Source: Actinomycetota bacterium (GTDB taxonomy: Bacteria > Actinomycetota > Aquicultoria > JACQXZ01). Taken from it: DNA of 55,217 nt. Location of the stretch: the NCBI GenBank assembly GCA_016208465.1, contig JACQXZ010000064.1:1-55217 (forward strand), read 5' to 3'. Made by a program: the position numbers and the translations under genes. The notes beneath the pieces are model-generated. The model saw only the letters and a program-made list of their open reading frames with translations. It had not been told where the DNA came from and searched no databases. Of the stretch, positions 45,667-55,216 are shown piece after piece. How positions within the stretch are numbered: position 1 is the first letter of the stretch; each line of letters opens with the position of its first letter.

Positions 45667-47046
45667 ATGAAGAAAAAGAAGACGTTATTATTTAAAACAT
45701 TTATCTTAATATTTTTGCTTACTTTGCTTAGCGGTTGTAAAAACGAAGCTTTTGAATCTTTTGGGTTTTTATTTGGCGGTGAATCAAAAGTTTTAAGAAA
45801 TCAGAGTCTTCCTGATATGCCACTTTATCCCGGTTCTTTAAATATTTTTTATCTTGAAACAATAAACCCGGAGGGAAGCGCAAAGGTTGCCTCAGTCATT
45901 TATCAAACACAGGAAGAGCCGGTTAAGATCGCCAATTTTTATGCGTCCAAAATGACTCAGTACGGATGGAAGAAAAAGAGTTTTGAATCGAAGATCATCA
46001 AGGAGGGCGCGAAAAATTATTTTATTACGTTTACAAAGAGCAATACGATATCCCAGATAACTATTTTGGGAGAAAAAAGGATTCAATCTTCAATTATTCA
46101 GATTGCGTTCTATGGTAAATACAAAAAAACCTCGGTAGAAGATTTATATATAAGTCCGCCTGTGAAGGCTTGGCGTTATTTTATGAGTTTTCCATTGTGG
46201 GCAAGATATGTTTTTATAATTTTTCTTTTGGGCGCTCTTTATTTTATATTTGGCGAAAATTTGCTTTATTACAAAATGGTTATATTCAAAGAAATTCTTT
46301 TTTATTCTTTTATAGTGGCTGTTTATTCAGCTTTTTACTTTTACTTTGTAAGAAAAATGGAAAAGATTTTTTTCGGTCAGTCAGTGTTTATTTTATTTGG
46401 TTTTTTGATTTTAATTGTTGTGTCGTTTACCCCTCTTCGGCGCATTATTTTAAGATTAATCGAAAGTGTTTTTTTTAGAGAAGAATATAAATATAGGGAA
46501 TTTTTAAATAAATTCAGCCAAACGTTAAGTTTTCTTTCCGATATCAATAGTCTTTCGGATAAAATTGTTCAAATGATGGGAGAGAGCATAAAACTTAAAA
46601 ATATTTCTTTATTTTTATACGAAGAGGATAAAGATGAATTTAAATTAATGTCTTCGCGAGGCTTACCTGAGTTTGTTTCAACCGGTTTAGCCCTGAAAAG
46701 AAAAAAAGATACCCTTTTGAATAAATGGAAGTGTGAAGATACTGAGGATTTTAAAGTTATCTGGCAGACCAGCGAGAAGGACATATTCTCCAAAGATAAA
46801 ATTTTTATCTCAACAATTGATGCGGTAAAGGAAAATGAACAGTTCTATGAGAGAGTTATTTCAATACCTTTAAGGGGCAGGGATAAATTGATTGGCTTGC
46901 TTAATTTAGGAAGAAAAATATCCAGCCGCCGTTTTAGTTCAGAAGATCTTAGTTTTTTTGCGGACATAGCTGATAAAATTGGAGTTTCTTTAGAGAATTC
47001 AAGGGTGTATCAGAATGCGATTGATAAAGAGTTTAAGTCTCAGTAA
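45667..47046 (+). CDS. membrane lipoprotein with extracytoplasmic domain, TM helices and a C-terminal GAF domain
   Basis: Lipobox LLSGC, hydrophobic block around residues 170-260, GAF-like C-terminus (ISIPLRGRDKLIGLLNLG). Confidence 0.65.
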   Translation: MKKKKTLLFKTFILIFLLTLLSGCKNEAFESFGFLFGGESKVLRNQSLPDMPLYPGSLNIFYLETINPEGSAKVASVIYQTQEEPVKIANFYASKMTQYGWKKKSFESKIIKEGAKNYFITFTKSNTISQITILGEKRIQSSIIQIAFYGKYKKTSVEDLYISPPVKAWRYFMSFPLWARYVFIIFLLGALYFIFGENLLYYKMVIFKEILFYSFIVAVYSAFYFYFVRKMEKIFFGQSVFILFGFLILIVVSFTPLRRIILRLIESVFFREEYKYREFLNKFSQTLSFLSDINSLSDKIVQMMGESIKLKNISLFLYEEDKDEFKLMSSRGLPEFVSTGLALKRKKDTLLNKWKCEDTEDFKVIWQTSEKDIFSKDKIFISTIDAVKENEQFYERVISIPLRGRDKLIGLLNLGRKISSRRFSSEDLSFFADIADKIGVSLENSRVYQNAIDKEFKSQ

Positions 47047-47101
47047 ATCATTTCCATTTTTAATTGCTTATGAATCTAATTAGAGACATAGCAGGACGAT
47101 G

Positions 47102-47134
47102 GGTCACAAAGTCACAAGGACACAAGTCACAAGT
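47102..47134. repeat. GTCACAAG-word solo arm
   Basis: ggtcacaaagtcacaaggacacaagtcacaagt. Confidence 0.7.
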
Positions 47135-47184
47135 GTGGAGATTTCAAATCAATTAAATATCAATGATTAAAACCTAAAAAATTG

Positions 47185-47193
47185 TGTTATAAT
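47185..47193 (+). promoter_or_regulatory. extended -10 promoter element upstream of the receiver gene
   Basis: tgtTATAAT (TGnTATAAT), about 37 nt before ATG 47230. Confidence 0.4.
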
Positions 47194-47229
47194 GAACCTT
47201 GAAATTGAAGAAAAAGGAGGGCTGTTAAA

Positions 47230-47616
47230 ATGGAAGATATCAAAATATTGATAGCAGACGATCACCCTAATTTCAGAAAAGCGCTTAAGTGTGTTTTAGG
47301 TTTTGAAGATGGACTTAAAGTAGTTGGAGAATCAGACAGCAATCAAGATGCTTTAAAAAAAATGACAGCTCTTCTTCCGGATGTTATATTGGCTGATTTG
47401 GAAGACGAAGGAGTCGACGGTATAAGGCTGGCTGAAGAAATTAAAGAAATATCTCCATCTACGGCTATTATAATCGTAACAGCAGATGATAATTCTGCTT
47501 TAAGAGAAAGAGCGGCAAAAATAGGAGTAAGCGCTTATATTTTAAAAGAAGACATAGTAGATGATTTATTGCCTGCAATAAGGCAGACAAAGATATTTTC
47601 CAACGTAGATTGTTAA
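47230..47616 (+). CDS. stand-alone response regulator receiver domain protein
   Basis: ILIADDHPNFRKAL...DVILADL...; 128 aa with no output domain. Confidence 0.8.
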   Translation: MEDIKILIADDHPNFRKALKCVLGFEDGLKVVGESDSNQDALKKMTALLPDVILADLEDEGVDGIRLAEEIKEISPSTAIIIVTADDNSALRERAAKIGVSAYILKEDIVDDLLPAIRQTKIFSNVDC

Positions 47617-47717
47617 TGACACCCTCGTCCGTCATTGGCTCCTCTTTATTTTTCTTTTACTGTTTTATTTTGTTATGTTAAAATTACTTCCAAAATGAAA
47701 AAGAGGAGGAATAAATT

Positions 47718-48875
47718 TTGCAGCAAGCCAACAGAATAGCGAATCTGCCGCCATATCTTTTTGCTGAAATTGACAAGAAAATTGCCAAAAAGAAAGCGGA
47801 TGGAGTTGATGTTATCAGTTTAGGAATAGGAGATCCTGACCAGCCTACTCCCGACCACATACTCAAAAGAATGTGCAAAGAGGTAAGAAATCCCAAAAAT
47901 CATCAGTATCCCTCATACTACGGACTACCTGAATTCAGAAAAAGTATTGCGGAGTGGTATTACAAACGCTTTAAGATAGAGTTAAATCATGATACTGAAG
48001 TTTTGCCATTAATTGGCTCAAAAGAGGGAATAGCTCATATTTTACTAGCCTTAGTTGATCCGGGGGATGTTTCACTCGTTCCCGATCCCGGCTATCCTGC
48101 CTATAATACAGGAACAATTCTGGCAGGAGGAATTCCTCATTTTATTCCGCTTCTTAGAGAGAACAACTTTTTGGTTGATTTTGATAAAATTGATGAAGAA
48201 ACTGCCAAAAAATCAAAAATTGTGTTTATAAACTATCCAAACAACCCTACAGCGGCAATTGCAGACATTAATTTTTATAACAAAGCTGTTGAATTTGCTA
48301 AAAAGCATAATATAGTAATTTGTCACGATTTTGCCTATTCTGAAATCACTTATGACGGCTATACTGCGCCCAGTTTTCTTGAGACAGAGGGAGCGCGTGA
48401 GGTGGGTGTCGAATTTCATTCTCTATCAAAAACATATAATATGACCGGCTGGCGAATTGGTTTTGTGGTAGGAAACGCGGATGTAATTGAGGCGCTCGGA
48501 AGAGTTAAAACCAATATCGATTCAGGGATATTTAACGCTATTCAGTATGCCGGCGTAGAAGCTCTGACTTCTTCTCAGGAATGCGTAAGTAAAATGTGTG
48601 AAATTTATAAAAGAAGAAGAGATTTGGTGGTCGAAACTTTAAACGCTCTTGGCTGGAATGTTTCAAAACCAAAAGGCTCTATTTATATCTGGGCATCAGT
48701 TCCTTCAGGTTATACTTCTGCCAGTTTTGCGACTCACGTACTGGAAAAAGCCGGCGTGGTGGTTTCACCGGGGAACGCTTATGGTTCTTCGGGAGAAGGA
48801 TATTTTAGAATCTCTCTTACAATTAATGATGAAAGATTAAAGGAAGCGCTTGACAGAATAAGAAAGATTTTATAA
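47718..48875 (+). CDS. dapL: LL-diaminopimelate aminotransferase (DapL-type PLP aminotransferase)
   Basis: N-terminal [17 protein letters not shown]...[13 protein letters not shown] is typical of DapL; [15 protein letters not shown]-Lys motif; TTG start after agaggagg. Confidence 0.8.
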   Translation: MQQANRIANLPPYLFAEIDKKIAKKKADGVDVISLGIGDPDQPTPDHILKRMCKEVRNPKNHQYPSYYGLPEFRKSIAEWYYKRFKIELNHDTEVLPLIGSKEGIAHILLALVDPGDVSLVPDPGYPAYNTGTILAGGIPHFIPLLRENNFLVDFDKIDEETAKKSKIVFINYPNNPTAAIADINFYNKAVEFAKKHNIVICHDFAYSEITYDGYTAPSFLETEGAREVGVEFHSLSKTYNMTGWRIGFVVGNADVIEALGRVKTNIDSGIFNAIQYAGVEALTSSQECVSKMCEIYKRRRDLVVETLNALGWNVSKPKGSIYIWASVPSGYTSASFATHVLEKAGVVVSPGNAYGSSGEGYFRISLTINDERLKEALDRIRKIL

Positions 48876-48990
48876 AAACAAGGAGATAATAAGAATAGCC
48901 AAAAGCAACAATCTGGATAACAATTTAAAAGAAAAAGTAATTATTGTTGGTCTTGAGCTTCGGTCGTCTGAACGGGAGATAGAAGAATCT

Positions 48991-50217
48991 TTGGACGAAC
49001 TGGAGCAATTAGTTTTAACAGCAGGAGGAATTGTTGTTGCCAGAGTTATTCAATTGAAAGACAAACCAGACCCCCGCACCTATATCGGAAAAGGTAAGGT
49101 CGAAGAAATAAAAATTCTGGCGGGAACAAAAAACGCGGACATAGTTGTTTTTGATGATGATTTATCAGCCTCCCAGCAGAGACATCTGGAAGACGAATTT
49201 AATTGCAGGGTAGTAGATAGAACAACCCTTATTCTTGATATCTTTGCCCAAAGAGCTCATTCAAATGAAGGTAAACTTCAAGTTGAGCTTGCGCAATTAA
49301 ATTATCTTTTGCCTCGTTTGGTTGGAAGAGGGGTCGAATTATCAAGACTTGGCGGCGGAATTGGAACACGTGGTCCCGGTGAAACCAAGTTAGAGGTGGA
49401 TAGAAGACGAATAAGAACCAGAATAGGAAGTTTGCGAAGTCAACTGAAAAAAGTTGCCCAGACAAGGAACATTCAGAGAAAACATCGAAAAAAAACTTCG
49501 GTTACCTGTGTTTCTCTGGTTGGTTATACTAATGCCGGAAAATCAACTTTGTTAAGTCTGTTAACAGGCGCCGATGTTTTTGTCGAAGACAAACTATTTG
49601 CTACACTTGATTCAACAACAAGACGACTTGCTTTACCTAATCAGCAAAATATTTTAATAAGCGACACAGTCGGTTTCATTCACAAGCTTCCCCATCATCT
49701 GGTAGCGGCATTTAAGTCTACTCTGGAAGAAGTAAGGGAAGCAGATTTATTGTTGCACATAATTGATTCGAGTCATCCTGCAATGAAAGATCAGATTAAA
49801 GCTGTCTATAAAGTCTTGGACGAATTAGAAAGTCTGGAAAAACCGCGGATAGAAGTTTTTAATAAAATTGATAAAATTACTTCTGATGAATTAACGAATT
49901 TGAAATCTCAATTCACAAACGGTGTTTTTATTTCAGCTAAAGATGGTGTTAATGTAAAGGAGCTTTTGGAGAGAATAGAGAATAGTATTGAATCAAGGCA
50001 CGTAGAGACAACCCTGCTGATTCCTTACAACGAAGGAGGTTTGATTGCAAGGGCGCATAGTGAAGGAATAGTGTTAAAACTAGAGTATCTTGATGATAAG
50101 GTTAAAATTAAAGCAAAAATACCTTTTAATATCTTAGGTGATTTTGAAAATTATATTATGACAGAAGACAGAAAACAGACGACAGACAGATTGAAAAACC
50201 ATAAAGTTAGAGGTTAA
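48991..50217 (+). CDS. hflX: GTPase HflX; the N-terminus probably extends upstream of the first canonical start
   Basis: G motifs (GYTNAGKS, DTVGF, NKID). The conserved HflX N-terminal segment KVIIVGLELRSSEREIEES is encoded in frame at 48934-48990. Confidence 0.88.
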   Translation: MDELEQLVLTAGGIVVARVIQLKDKPDPRTYIGKGKVEEIKILAGTKNADIVVFDDDLSASQQRHLEDEFNCRVVDRTTLILDIFAQRAHSNEGKLQVELAQLNYLLPRLVGRGVELSRLGGGIGTRGPGETKLEVDRRRIRTRIGSLRSQLKKVAQTRNIQRKHRKKTSVTCVSLVGYTNAGKSTLLSLLTGADVFVEDKLFATLDSTTRRLALPNQQNILISDTVGFIHKLPHHLVAAFKSTLEEVREADLLLHIIDSSHPAMKDQIKAVYKVLDELESLEKPRIEVFNKIDKITSDELTNLKSQFTNGVFISAKDGVNVKELLERIENSIESRHVETTLLIPYNEGGLIARAHSEGIVLKLEYLDDKVKIKAKIPFNILGDFENYIMTEDRKQTTDRLKNHKVRG

Positions 50218-50242
50218 CTGTAATAGAAAAGAGGTTGATGTT

Positions 50243-51190
50243 ATGACCACTACAAAAACATTACACAAAGAAAAAATTCTAGTTATTGATGATAGTCAGA
50301 CAGTTTTAAAAGTTTTAGAGGATTTATTGGAAGAATCTGGCTGTGAGGTTCATACATTAAATAATGGCAAGAATGTGCTTCAGACTGTAAAGGATCTCGA
50401 TCCAGACCTTGTCCTGCTGGATATAATTCTGCCAGACGCGGACGGTTTTGAGATTTGCAAAGAGATTAAACGGAATCCCAAAACGTCTCATATTCCGGTT
50501 ATTATGCTTACTGTTCGGGGGGAAGTTGAAGATAAAGTAATCGGCTTGGAAAAAGGAGCAGATGATTATATTACCAAACCATTTGAGTCGCGCGAATTAA
50601 TCGCAAGAGTCAAAGGGACTATAAGGAGAACGCAGGAAGAACGATCGGCGAATCCACTTACGGGCTTGCCGGGAAATATTTTAATTCAAAAGAAAATAAA
50701 ACAAAGAATTTCATCTCAAGATGAACTTGCTGTTTTGTTTGCAGATCTTGATAATTTTAAATCATTTAATGATGTTTATGGTTTTTTAAAAGGAGATTTG
50801 GTAATAAAATTAGTTGGTGAAGTTCTGATCGATGCAGTTGATACGTATGGCAATCCAAGTGATTTTATTGGGCATATAGGAGGAGATGATTTTATAGTAA
50901 TTACCACCCCGGACAAAATTGACACAATATGCAAACACGTAATAGCAAAATTTGATGCCCAGATTGGTTCACTTTACAGAGAGGAAGATTACAAAAAAGG
51001 TTACATCGTAGCAGTTGATCGTCAGGGCAAAATGCAGAAAGTTCCAATAATGACCATCTCAGTTGGCGCGGTGACTAATGAGAAAAAAAGATTGACTTCA
51101 CTGGGTATGGTGAGTGAAATTGGCGCAGAGTTGAAAAATTATATAAAACAGAAATCCGGCAGTAATTATTTTATTGACAGGAGATATTGA
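50243..51190 (+). CDS. response regulator with GGDEF-type output domain carrying a GGDDF variant
   Basis: REC domain (LVIDDS...DLVLLDI...) followed by PLTGLPGN...DLDNFKSFNDVYGF...HIGGDDFIV. Confidence 0.8.
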   Translation: MTTTKTLHKEKILVIDDSQTVLKVLEDLLEESGCEVHTLNNGKNVLQTVKDLDPDLVLLDIILPDADGFEICKEIKRNPKTSHIPVIMLTVRGEVEDKVIGLEKGADDYITKPFESRELIARVKGTIRRTQEERSANPLTGLPGNILIQKKIKQRISSQDELAVLFADLDNFKSFNDVYGFLKGDLVIKLVGEVLIDAVDTYGNPSDFIGHIGGDDFIVITTPDKIDTICKHVIAKFDAQIGSLYREEDYKKGYIVAVDRQGKMQKVPIMTISVGAVTNEKKRLTSLGMVSEIGAELKNYIKQKSGSNYFIDRRY

Positions 51191-51196
51191 TCAATT

Positions 51197-51709
51197 TTGA
51201 GAAGAGCAAGAACTGTATTTTTTATTTTTACATTAATCTTTTTAGCGTTATCTTTAAGCGGTTGTGGTGAAAAACAATTAAAAAGCAAGATTAACTGGAT
51301 TGATTATTCAACCGCGATTGCAGAGGCAAAACAGGAGAAAAAACCGATTTTTATAGATTTTTTTACCGAGTGGTGTTTTTATTGTAAAAAAATGGATAAG
51401 GAAACTTTTTCCGATCCAAAAGTTATAGAATATATGAATAATAACTTTAAATCGGTAAAAATAGATGCTGAATCGAATGAAAACGTAGTTCATCAAGGGA
51501 AGATATTCACAAAGAAAGAGTTGGCAAAAGAATATAGTGTTTCAGGGTATCCTACTTTATGGTTTTTGGATTCCAAAGGAAATAAAGTTGCGCCTCAAAC
51601 TGGTTTTGTAGATGCGCAAGGACTTCTTTATATCTTGGAATACGTTAAATCAGGGTCTTATAAAAGTATGAATTTTCAGGACTTTATAAATTCCAAGGCT
51701 GATAAATAG
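51197..51709 (+). CDS. thioredoxin-fold lipoprotein (CxxC: WCFYCK)
   Basis: Lipobox LSLSGC and thioredoxin-like WCxxC; sits upstream of ccdA; TTG start. Confidence 0.8.
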   Translation: MRRARTVFFIFTLIFLALSLSGCGEKQLKSKINWIDYSTAIAEAKQEKKPIFIDFFTEWCFYCKKMDKETFSDPKVIEYMNNNFKSVKIDAESNENVVHQGKIFTKKELAKEYSVSGYPTLWFLDSKGNKVAPQTGFVDAQGLLYILEYVKSGSYKSMNFQDFINSKADK

Positions 51710-51710
51710 A

Positions 51711-52457
51711 ATGTTTGCCAGAGAAGAATCTGTTACTTTTTTAATAGCATTTACCGGCGGATTGTTTTCTTTTTTTACTCCCTGCATTTTTCCTTTAATT
51801 CCTTCCTTTTTTTCTTTTTTAATGGGAAAGACGAATCCAGAGGAAATAAAAGCAGAAAGATTTAAACTGGTAATTCATTCTCTTTTATTTATAGCGGGTT
51901 TTTCGGTAATTTTTATTGTATACGGAGCCACAGCATCGGTTCTCGGTTCTTTTTTCGCTAAAAATCGTTTGGTTTTTAGTTATTTTGGCGGAACAGTTGT
52001 TATAATTTTTGCTTTACATATCTTAGGTATTATAAAAATACCGTTTTTGGAGTATGAGACACATATACTAATTCCCCCTTTAGGAAAGGGGGAGAAGGGG
52101 GGATTTGGAAAAATAAAAAGAAAGGGGCTTATAGGTTCTTTTGTTGTAGGGATGGCTTTTGCTGCCGGGTGGGTACCCTGCGTAGGTCCCATTTTGTCTT
52201 CTATTTTATTGTATACAGCCGCTACAGCTACTTTACAAAAGGGAATAATCTATCTGGTTTTTTATAGTTTAGGATTGGGCGTTCCGTTTTTGCTAAGCGC
52301 GCTTCTTCTTGATTTTATCATTAATAAAACCCATAAACTTAACCGTTTTCTTAAATATTCATCCAAAATAGGAGGAGTATTTCTTTTAATAGTTGGAACT
52401 TTGATTCTTACCAACAACCTGACTGTTTTAGTTTCATTTTTATATAAATTCTTTTAA
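51711..52457 (+). CDS. ccdA: cytochrome c biogenesis / thiol-disulfide transporter CcdA (DsbD family) with a 12-aa repeat-derived insertion
   Basis: FTPCIFPLIP and AAGWVPCVGPIL Cys motifs. Residues IPPLGKGEKGGF (52071-52106) are encoded by a C-run/G-run repeat. Confidence 0.88.
   Translation: MFAREESVTFLIAFTGGLFSFFTPCIFPLIPSFFSFLMGKTNPEEIKAERFKLVIHSLLFIAGFSVIFIVYGATASVLGSFFAKNRLVFSYFGGTVVIIFALHILGIIKIPFLEYETHILIPPLGKGEKGGFGKIKRKGLIGSFVVGMAFAAGWVPCVGPILSSILLYTAATATLQKGIIYLVFYSLGLGVPFLLSALLLDFIINKTHKLNRFLKYSSKIGGVFLLIVGTLILTNNLTVLVSFLYKFF
52070..52106. repeat. C-run/G-run repeat inserted in frame inside ccdA
   Basis: aattccccctttaggaaagggggagaaggggggattt, closely similar to the intergenic copy at 38049-38087. 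Confidence 0.8.
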
Positions 52458-52477
52458 TTTCCCGTTCTAACCCTCTC

Positions 52478-53116
52478 CTAAATCTTTCTTAAAAGACCAA
52501 TAACTTTCCCGATTATTTTTACATCTTTGGTTATGATAGGTTTCATTGCGCTGTTTTCTGGCTGGAGTCGGATGCCATCTGCTTCTCTGAAAAATCTTTT
52601 TAGTGTGGCTTCATCTTCAAGCAAGGCTACAATAATATCTCCTTCATCAGCGTTATTTTGTTGTTTTACAATTACAAAGTCTCCCGGCAGGATACCTGCA
52701 TCTTTCATGCTTAAACCTTTAACTTCGAGCATAAAAGAATTTTCGTCTTTCACAAAGTCGGCAGGGAGAGGAAAGGTGTCTTCTATGTTTTCCTGAGCCA
52801 GAACTGGCTGTCCGGCGGCAATTCTTCCAACCAGCGGGATATTTCTTAATTGTTTTGATGTATGCTGAAATTCGGTATTTCGATATCCAATAATTTCTAT
52901 AGCTCTTGGTTTAGTTGGATCTTTTCTTACATAACCCTTTTTTTCAAGAATATCCAGATGACTGTAAGCTGTCGCGCTTGATTTAACTCCAATAAATTTT
53001 CCAATTTCTCTGATAGATGGCGGATAACCCTTTCTGTGTATCTCGCTTACGATAAAATCAAGAACTTCTTTTTGTCTCGGACTTAAATTTCTTTTTTCAG
53101 AAGCATTCTTTTTCAT
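52478..53116 (-). CDS. lexA: SOS repressor LexA
   Basis: wHTH N-terminus, AAG cleavage site, S24 peptidase Ser (GLSM) and Lys (LKRF). Confidence 0.95.
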   Translation of the reverse strand: MKKNASEKRNLSPRQKEVLDFIVSEIHRKGYPPSIREIGKFIGVKSSATAYSHLDILEKKGYVRKDPTKPRAIEIIGYRNTEFQHTSKQLRNIPLVGRIAAGQPVLAQENIEDTFPLPADFVKDENSFMLEVKGLSMKDAGILPGDFVIVKQQNNADEGDIIVALLEDEATLKRFFREADGIRLQPENSAMKPIITKDVKIIGKVIGLLRKI

Positions 53117-53174
53117 AAAGAGACCCCCTTAAATAGTTTTCATAAAATAAATTAGCACAATATATTTTAAAACG

Positions 53175-53188
53175 CAAACGGTTGTTTG
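53175..53188. promoter_or_regulatory. candidate LexA operator upstream of lexA
   Basis: Perfect palindrome CAAAC-ggtt-GTTTG, 59-72 nt upstream of the lexA start on the minus strand. It has the same AAAC-N4-GTT architecture as the recA box. Confidence 0.5.
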
Positions 53189-53267
53189 GATAGGAAGATT
53201 TTATTTGACAATAATAAACCGGCAGTGTAGGCAGGGCAGGCTTTTACAGGCTGTTGAAAAAGCATAT

Positions 53268-53393
53268 TCGTCATTGCGAGTTACCAACCCCGCCTACGGC
53301 TGGGTAAGTCAGGGAACGAACCTTTTCGTCATCGCGAAGGAGCGGAGCGACTGCGGCGATCTCTTGAGATTGCTTCACTTTGTTCGCAATGAC
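53268..53393. repeat. GTCATTGCGAG-family REP-like units directly upstream of the HUH transposase gene
   Basis: tcgtcattgcgag..., then tcgtcatcgcgaaggagcggagcgactgcggcgatctcttgagattgcttcactttgttcgcaatgacg. Same family as 3872-3936. Confidence 0.8.
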
Positions 53394-53409
53394 GGTTCGT
53401 TATGAATCG

Positions 53410-53431
53410 GGGGTCAGGTCTTGCTTTGCCA
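53410..53431. repeat. left inverted repeat flanking the HUH transposase gene
   Basis: ggggtcaggtcttgctttgcca; its exact reverse complement is at 54321-54342. Confidence 0.9.
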
Positions 53432-53457
53432 CATTTGTTTATGTTATAAATTAACAT

Positions 53458-54318
53458 ATGGCTAGACCACTTAGAATAGAATTTGAAAACGCATTTTACC
53501 ATATTACTTCCAGAGGAAATGCTGGTAATAACATATTTTTAAAAAAAGAAGACTTTAAAGATTTTCTGGAAATTCTTGAGTCAGTTATTGATCGCTATAG
53601 TTGGATGTGTCACGCATACTCTTTAATGGATAATCATTATCATTTATTAATTGAAACCCCAAAAGCAAACCTATCCCTTGGTATGAGACAGCTAAATGGA
53701 GTATATACCCAATCATTTAACAGAAGACATAAAAGCTACGGACATATATTTCAGGGAAGATTCAAAGCAATACTAATAGATAAACAAGCATATCTATTGG
53801 AGCTAAGCAGATATATAGTTCTAAATCCCGTAAGAGCAAAGATAGTATCTGACCCAAAAGATTATGAGTGGAGCAGCTACTCAGTAACAGCAGGAATAGT
53901 TAAACAGCCATCCCTTTTAGAAAAATCTTACATACTTTCACAGTTTGGAAAAAACATTAAAAAAGCAAAACAGCGTTATATTCAGTTTGTATATGATGGA
54001 ATAAATAAAGAATCACCCTGGATCCTTTTGAGAAACCAGTTTATTCTCGGCGATGATGATTTTATTGATGAGCATAAAAGTAAACTGAAAGAAAAGGTAA
54101 AAGACGGCGAAATTCCTATACTCCAACGTCGATCAGCAATGCCAACACTTAATGAAATTTTTAAACACAAAGAATTATCAGATAAAGTAAAAAAAGATCA
54201 AATGATTTATTCTGCTTTTAAACATGGTTATAAATTAAACGAAATAAGCTCATTTTTAAACATCCATTATTCAACGGCAAGCAGGGCAGTAAAAAGAGCG
54301 GAAAGACGGAAGGATTAA
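53458..54318 (+). mobile_element. Y1 HUH (IS200-like / REP-associated tyrosine transposase-like) protein with a C-terminal HTH
   Basis: HUH motif NHYHLLIE and Tyr region RYIVLNPVRA...YEWSSY. C-terminal HTH-like GYKLNEISSFLNIHYSTASRAVKR. Flanked by perfect 22-bp inverted repeats. Confidence 0.8.
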
Positions 54319-54320
54319 TA

Positions 54321-54342
54321 TGGCAAAGCAAGACCTGACCCC
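54321..54342. repeat. right inverted repeat flanking the HUH transposase gene
   Basis: tggcaaagcaagacctgacccc, starting 3 nt after the stop codon. Confidence 0.9.
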
Positions 54343-54433
54343 TTATGCTTATGCTCAACGCTTCGCGGTCTGTTGAAAATCCCCGCTTGACCAAATTCAC
54401 GGTATGATATATAGTAATACCAGGAGGTGGGCC

Positions 54434-54676
54434 ATGAATAAGAGTAAAATTGCAATCACCCTAGATCAAAACATCATCGAACGTTTAGATCGACTGATTA
54501 AGAAGCATCTTTTTACAAACCGCAGCAGGGCAATTCAGGAAGCTGTACAGGAAAAGCTGGAACGGATGGAGCGTAGTCGTTTAGCGAAAGAGTGTGCTAA
54601 GCTCGACCCGGCTTTCGAAAAGGCAATGGCTGAAGAAGGTTTGTCTGAGGAGTTGAGTGAATGGCCCGAATATTGA
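54434..54676 (+). CDS. ribbon-helix-helix (CopG/MazE-like) antitoxin
   Basis: [18 protein letters not shown] start. ATG 54434 is 6 nt after aggagg; overlaps the toxin gene by 16 nt. Confidence 0.75.
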   Translation: MNKSKIAITLDQNIIERLDRLIKKHLFTNRSRAIQEAVQEKLERMERSRLAKECAKLDPAFEKAMAEEGLSEELSEWPEY

Positions 54677-54999
54677 GGAGTGAAATTCGTTGGGCTGATT
54701 TAAATCCTGTGCGAGGTCATGAGCAAGCAGGTCTAAGGCCAGTTTTAATTTTAAGTCAGGATGTTTTTAATGAACGCTCAGGTACGGTTATAGCAATGGC
54801 AATTACAAGTCAACCTCAAAGAGCAGGCTTCCCGCTGACTCTGGAGCTAAAATCAAAAAACTTACCAAAACGTTCATGGATCAAGATTAGCCAGATTAGA
54901 ACACTTTCCGTAGAAAGGATTGGTAAAAAGATAGGCCTAGCGTCTCCAGAGGAATTAATTCAAGTTATCGAAGGTTTAGGTGAAATAATCGGAACCTAA
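54661..54999 (+). CDS. mazF: MazF/PemK family endoribonuclease toxin
   Basis: [29 protein letters not shown]...ITS signature; 112 aa. Confidence 0.88.
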   Translation: MARILRSEIRWADLNPVRGHEQAGLRPVLILSQDVFNERSGTVIAMAITSQPQRAGFPLTLELKSKNLPKRSWIKISQIRTLSVERIGKKIGLASPEELIQVIEGLGEIIGT

Positions 55000-55060
55000 C
55001 TAATAGGAATTTCCTTTTTGATGAAATTCCTATAATTGCAAAATATAAAATGGGTAATTC

Positions 55061-55216
55061 TTATTCATGATAATTAGCTGGAGCAACAATAAAATTTTTA
55101 ATCATTCCCAAATCATTAATTTTAAGATGCAGTCTAAACCCAAAAAATGTTTGCCCAAACCATTTACCATAACTTGCAGATCTCTTAAACAATTTGGTCT
55201 GGTTAGCTCGAACAAA
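55061..55216 (-). mobile_element. fragment of a DDE transposase (IS982/IS4-like), truncated and running off the window
   Basis: The minus-strand frame reads FVRANQTKLFKRSASYGKWFGQTFFGFRLHLKINDLGMIKNFIVAPANYHE then stop. The GWFFGFKLHL..N..G motif is typical of IS982-type transposases, but the ORF ends far too early. Confidence 0.45.

Noticed and set aside
46170-46478. 102-aa alternative-frame + ORF within the GAF membrane protein gene
   Set aside because: It is a Phe/Leu-rich frame artefact of a T-rich TM-coding region, nested in a longer ORF with a lipobox and a GAF domain.
53205-53405. 66-aa + strand ORF upstream of the HUH transposase
   Set aside because: The sequence is made of REP-like hairpin units (GTCATTGCGAG family), so the translation is a repeat artefact.
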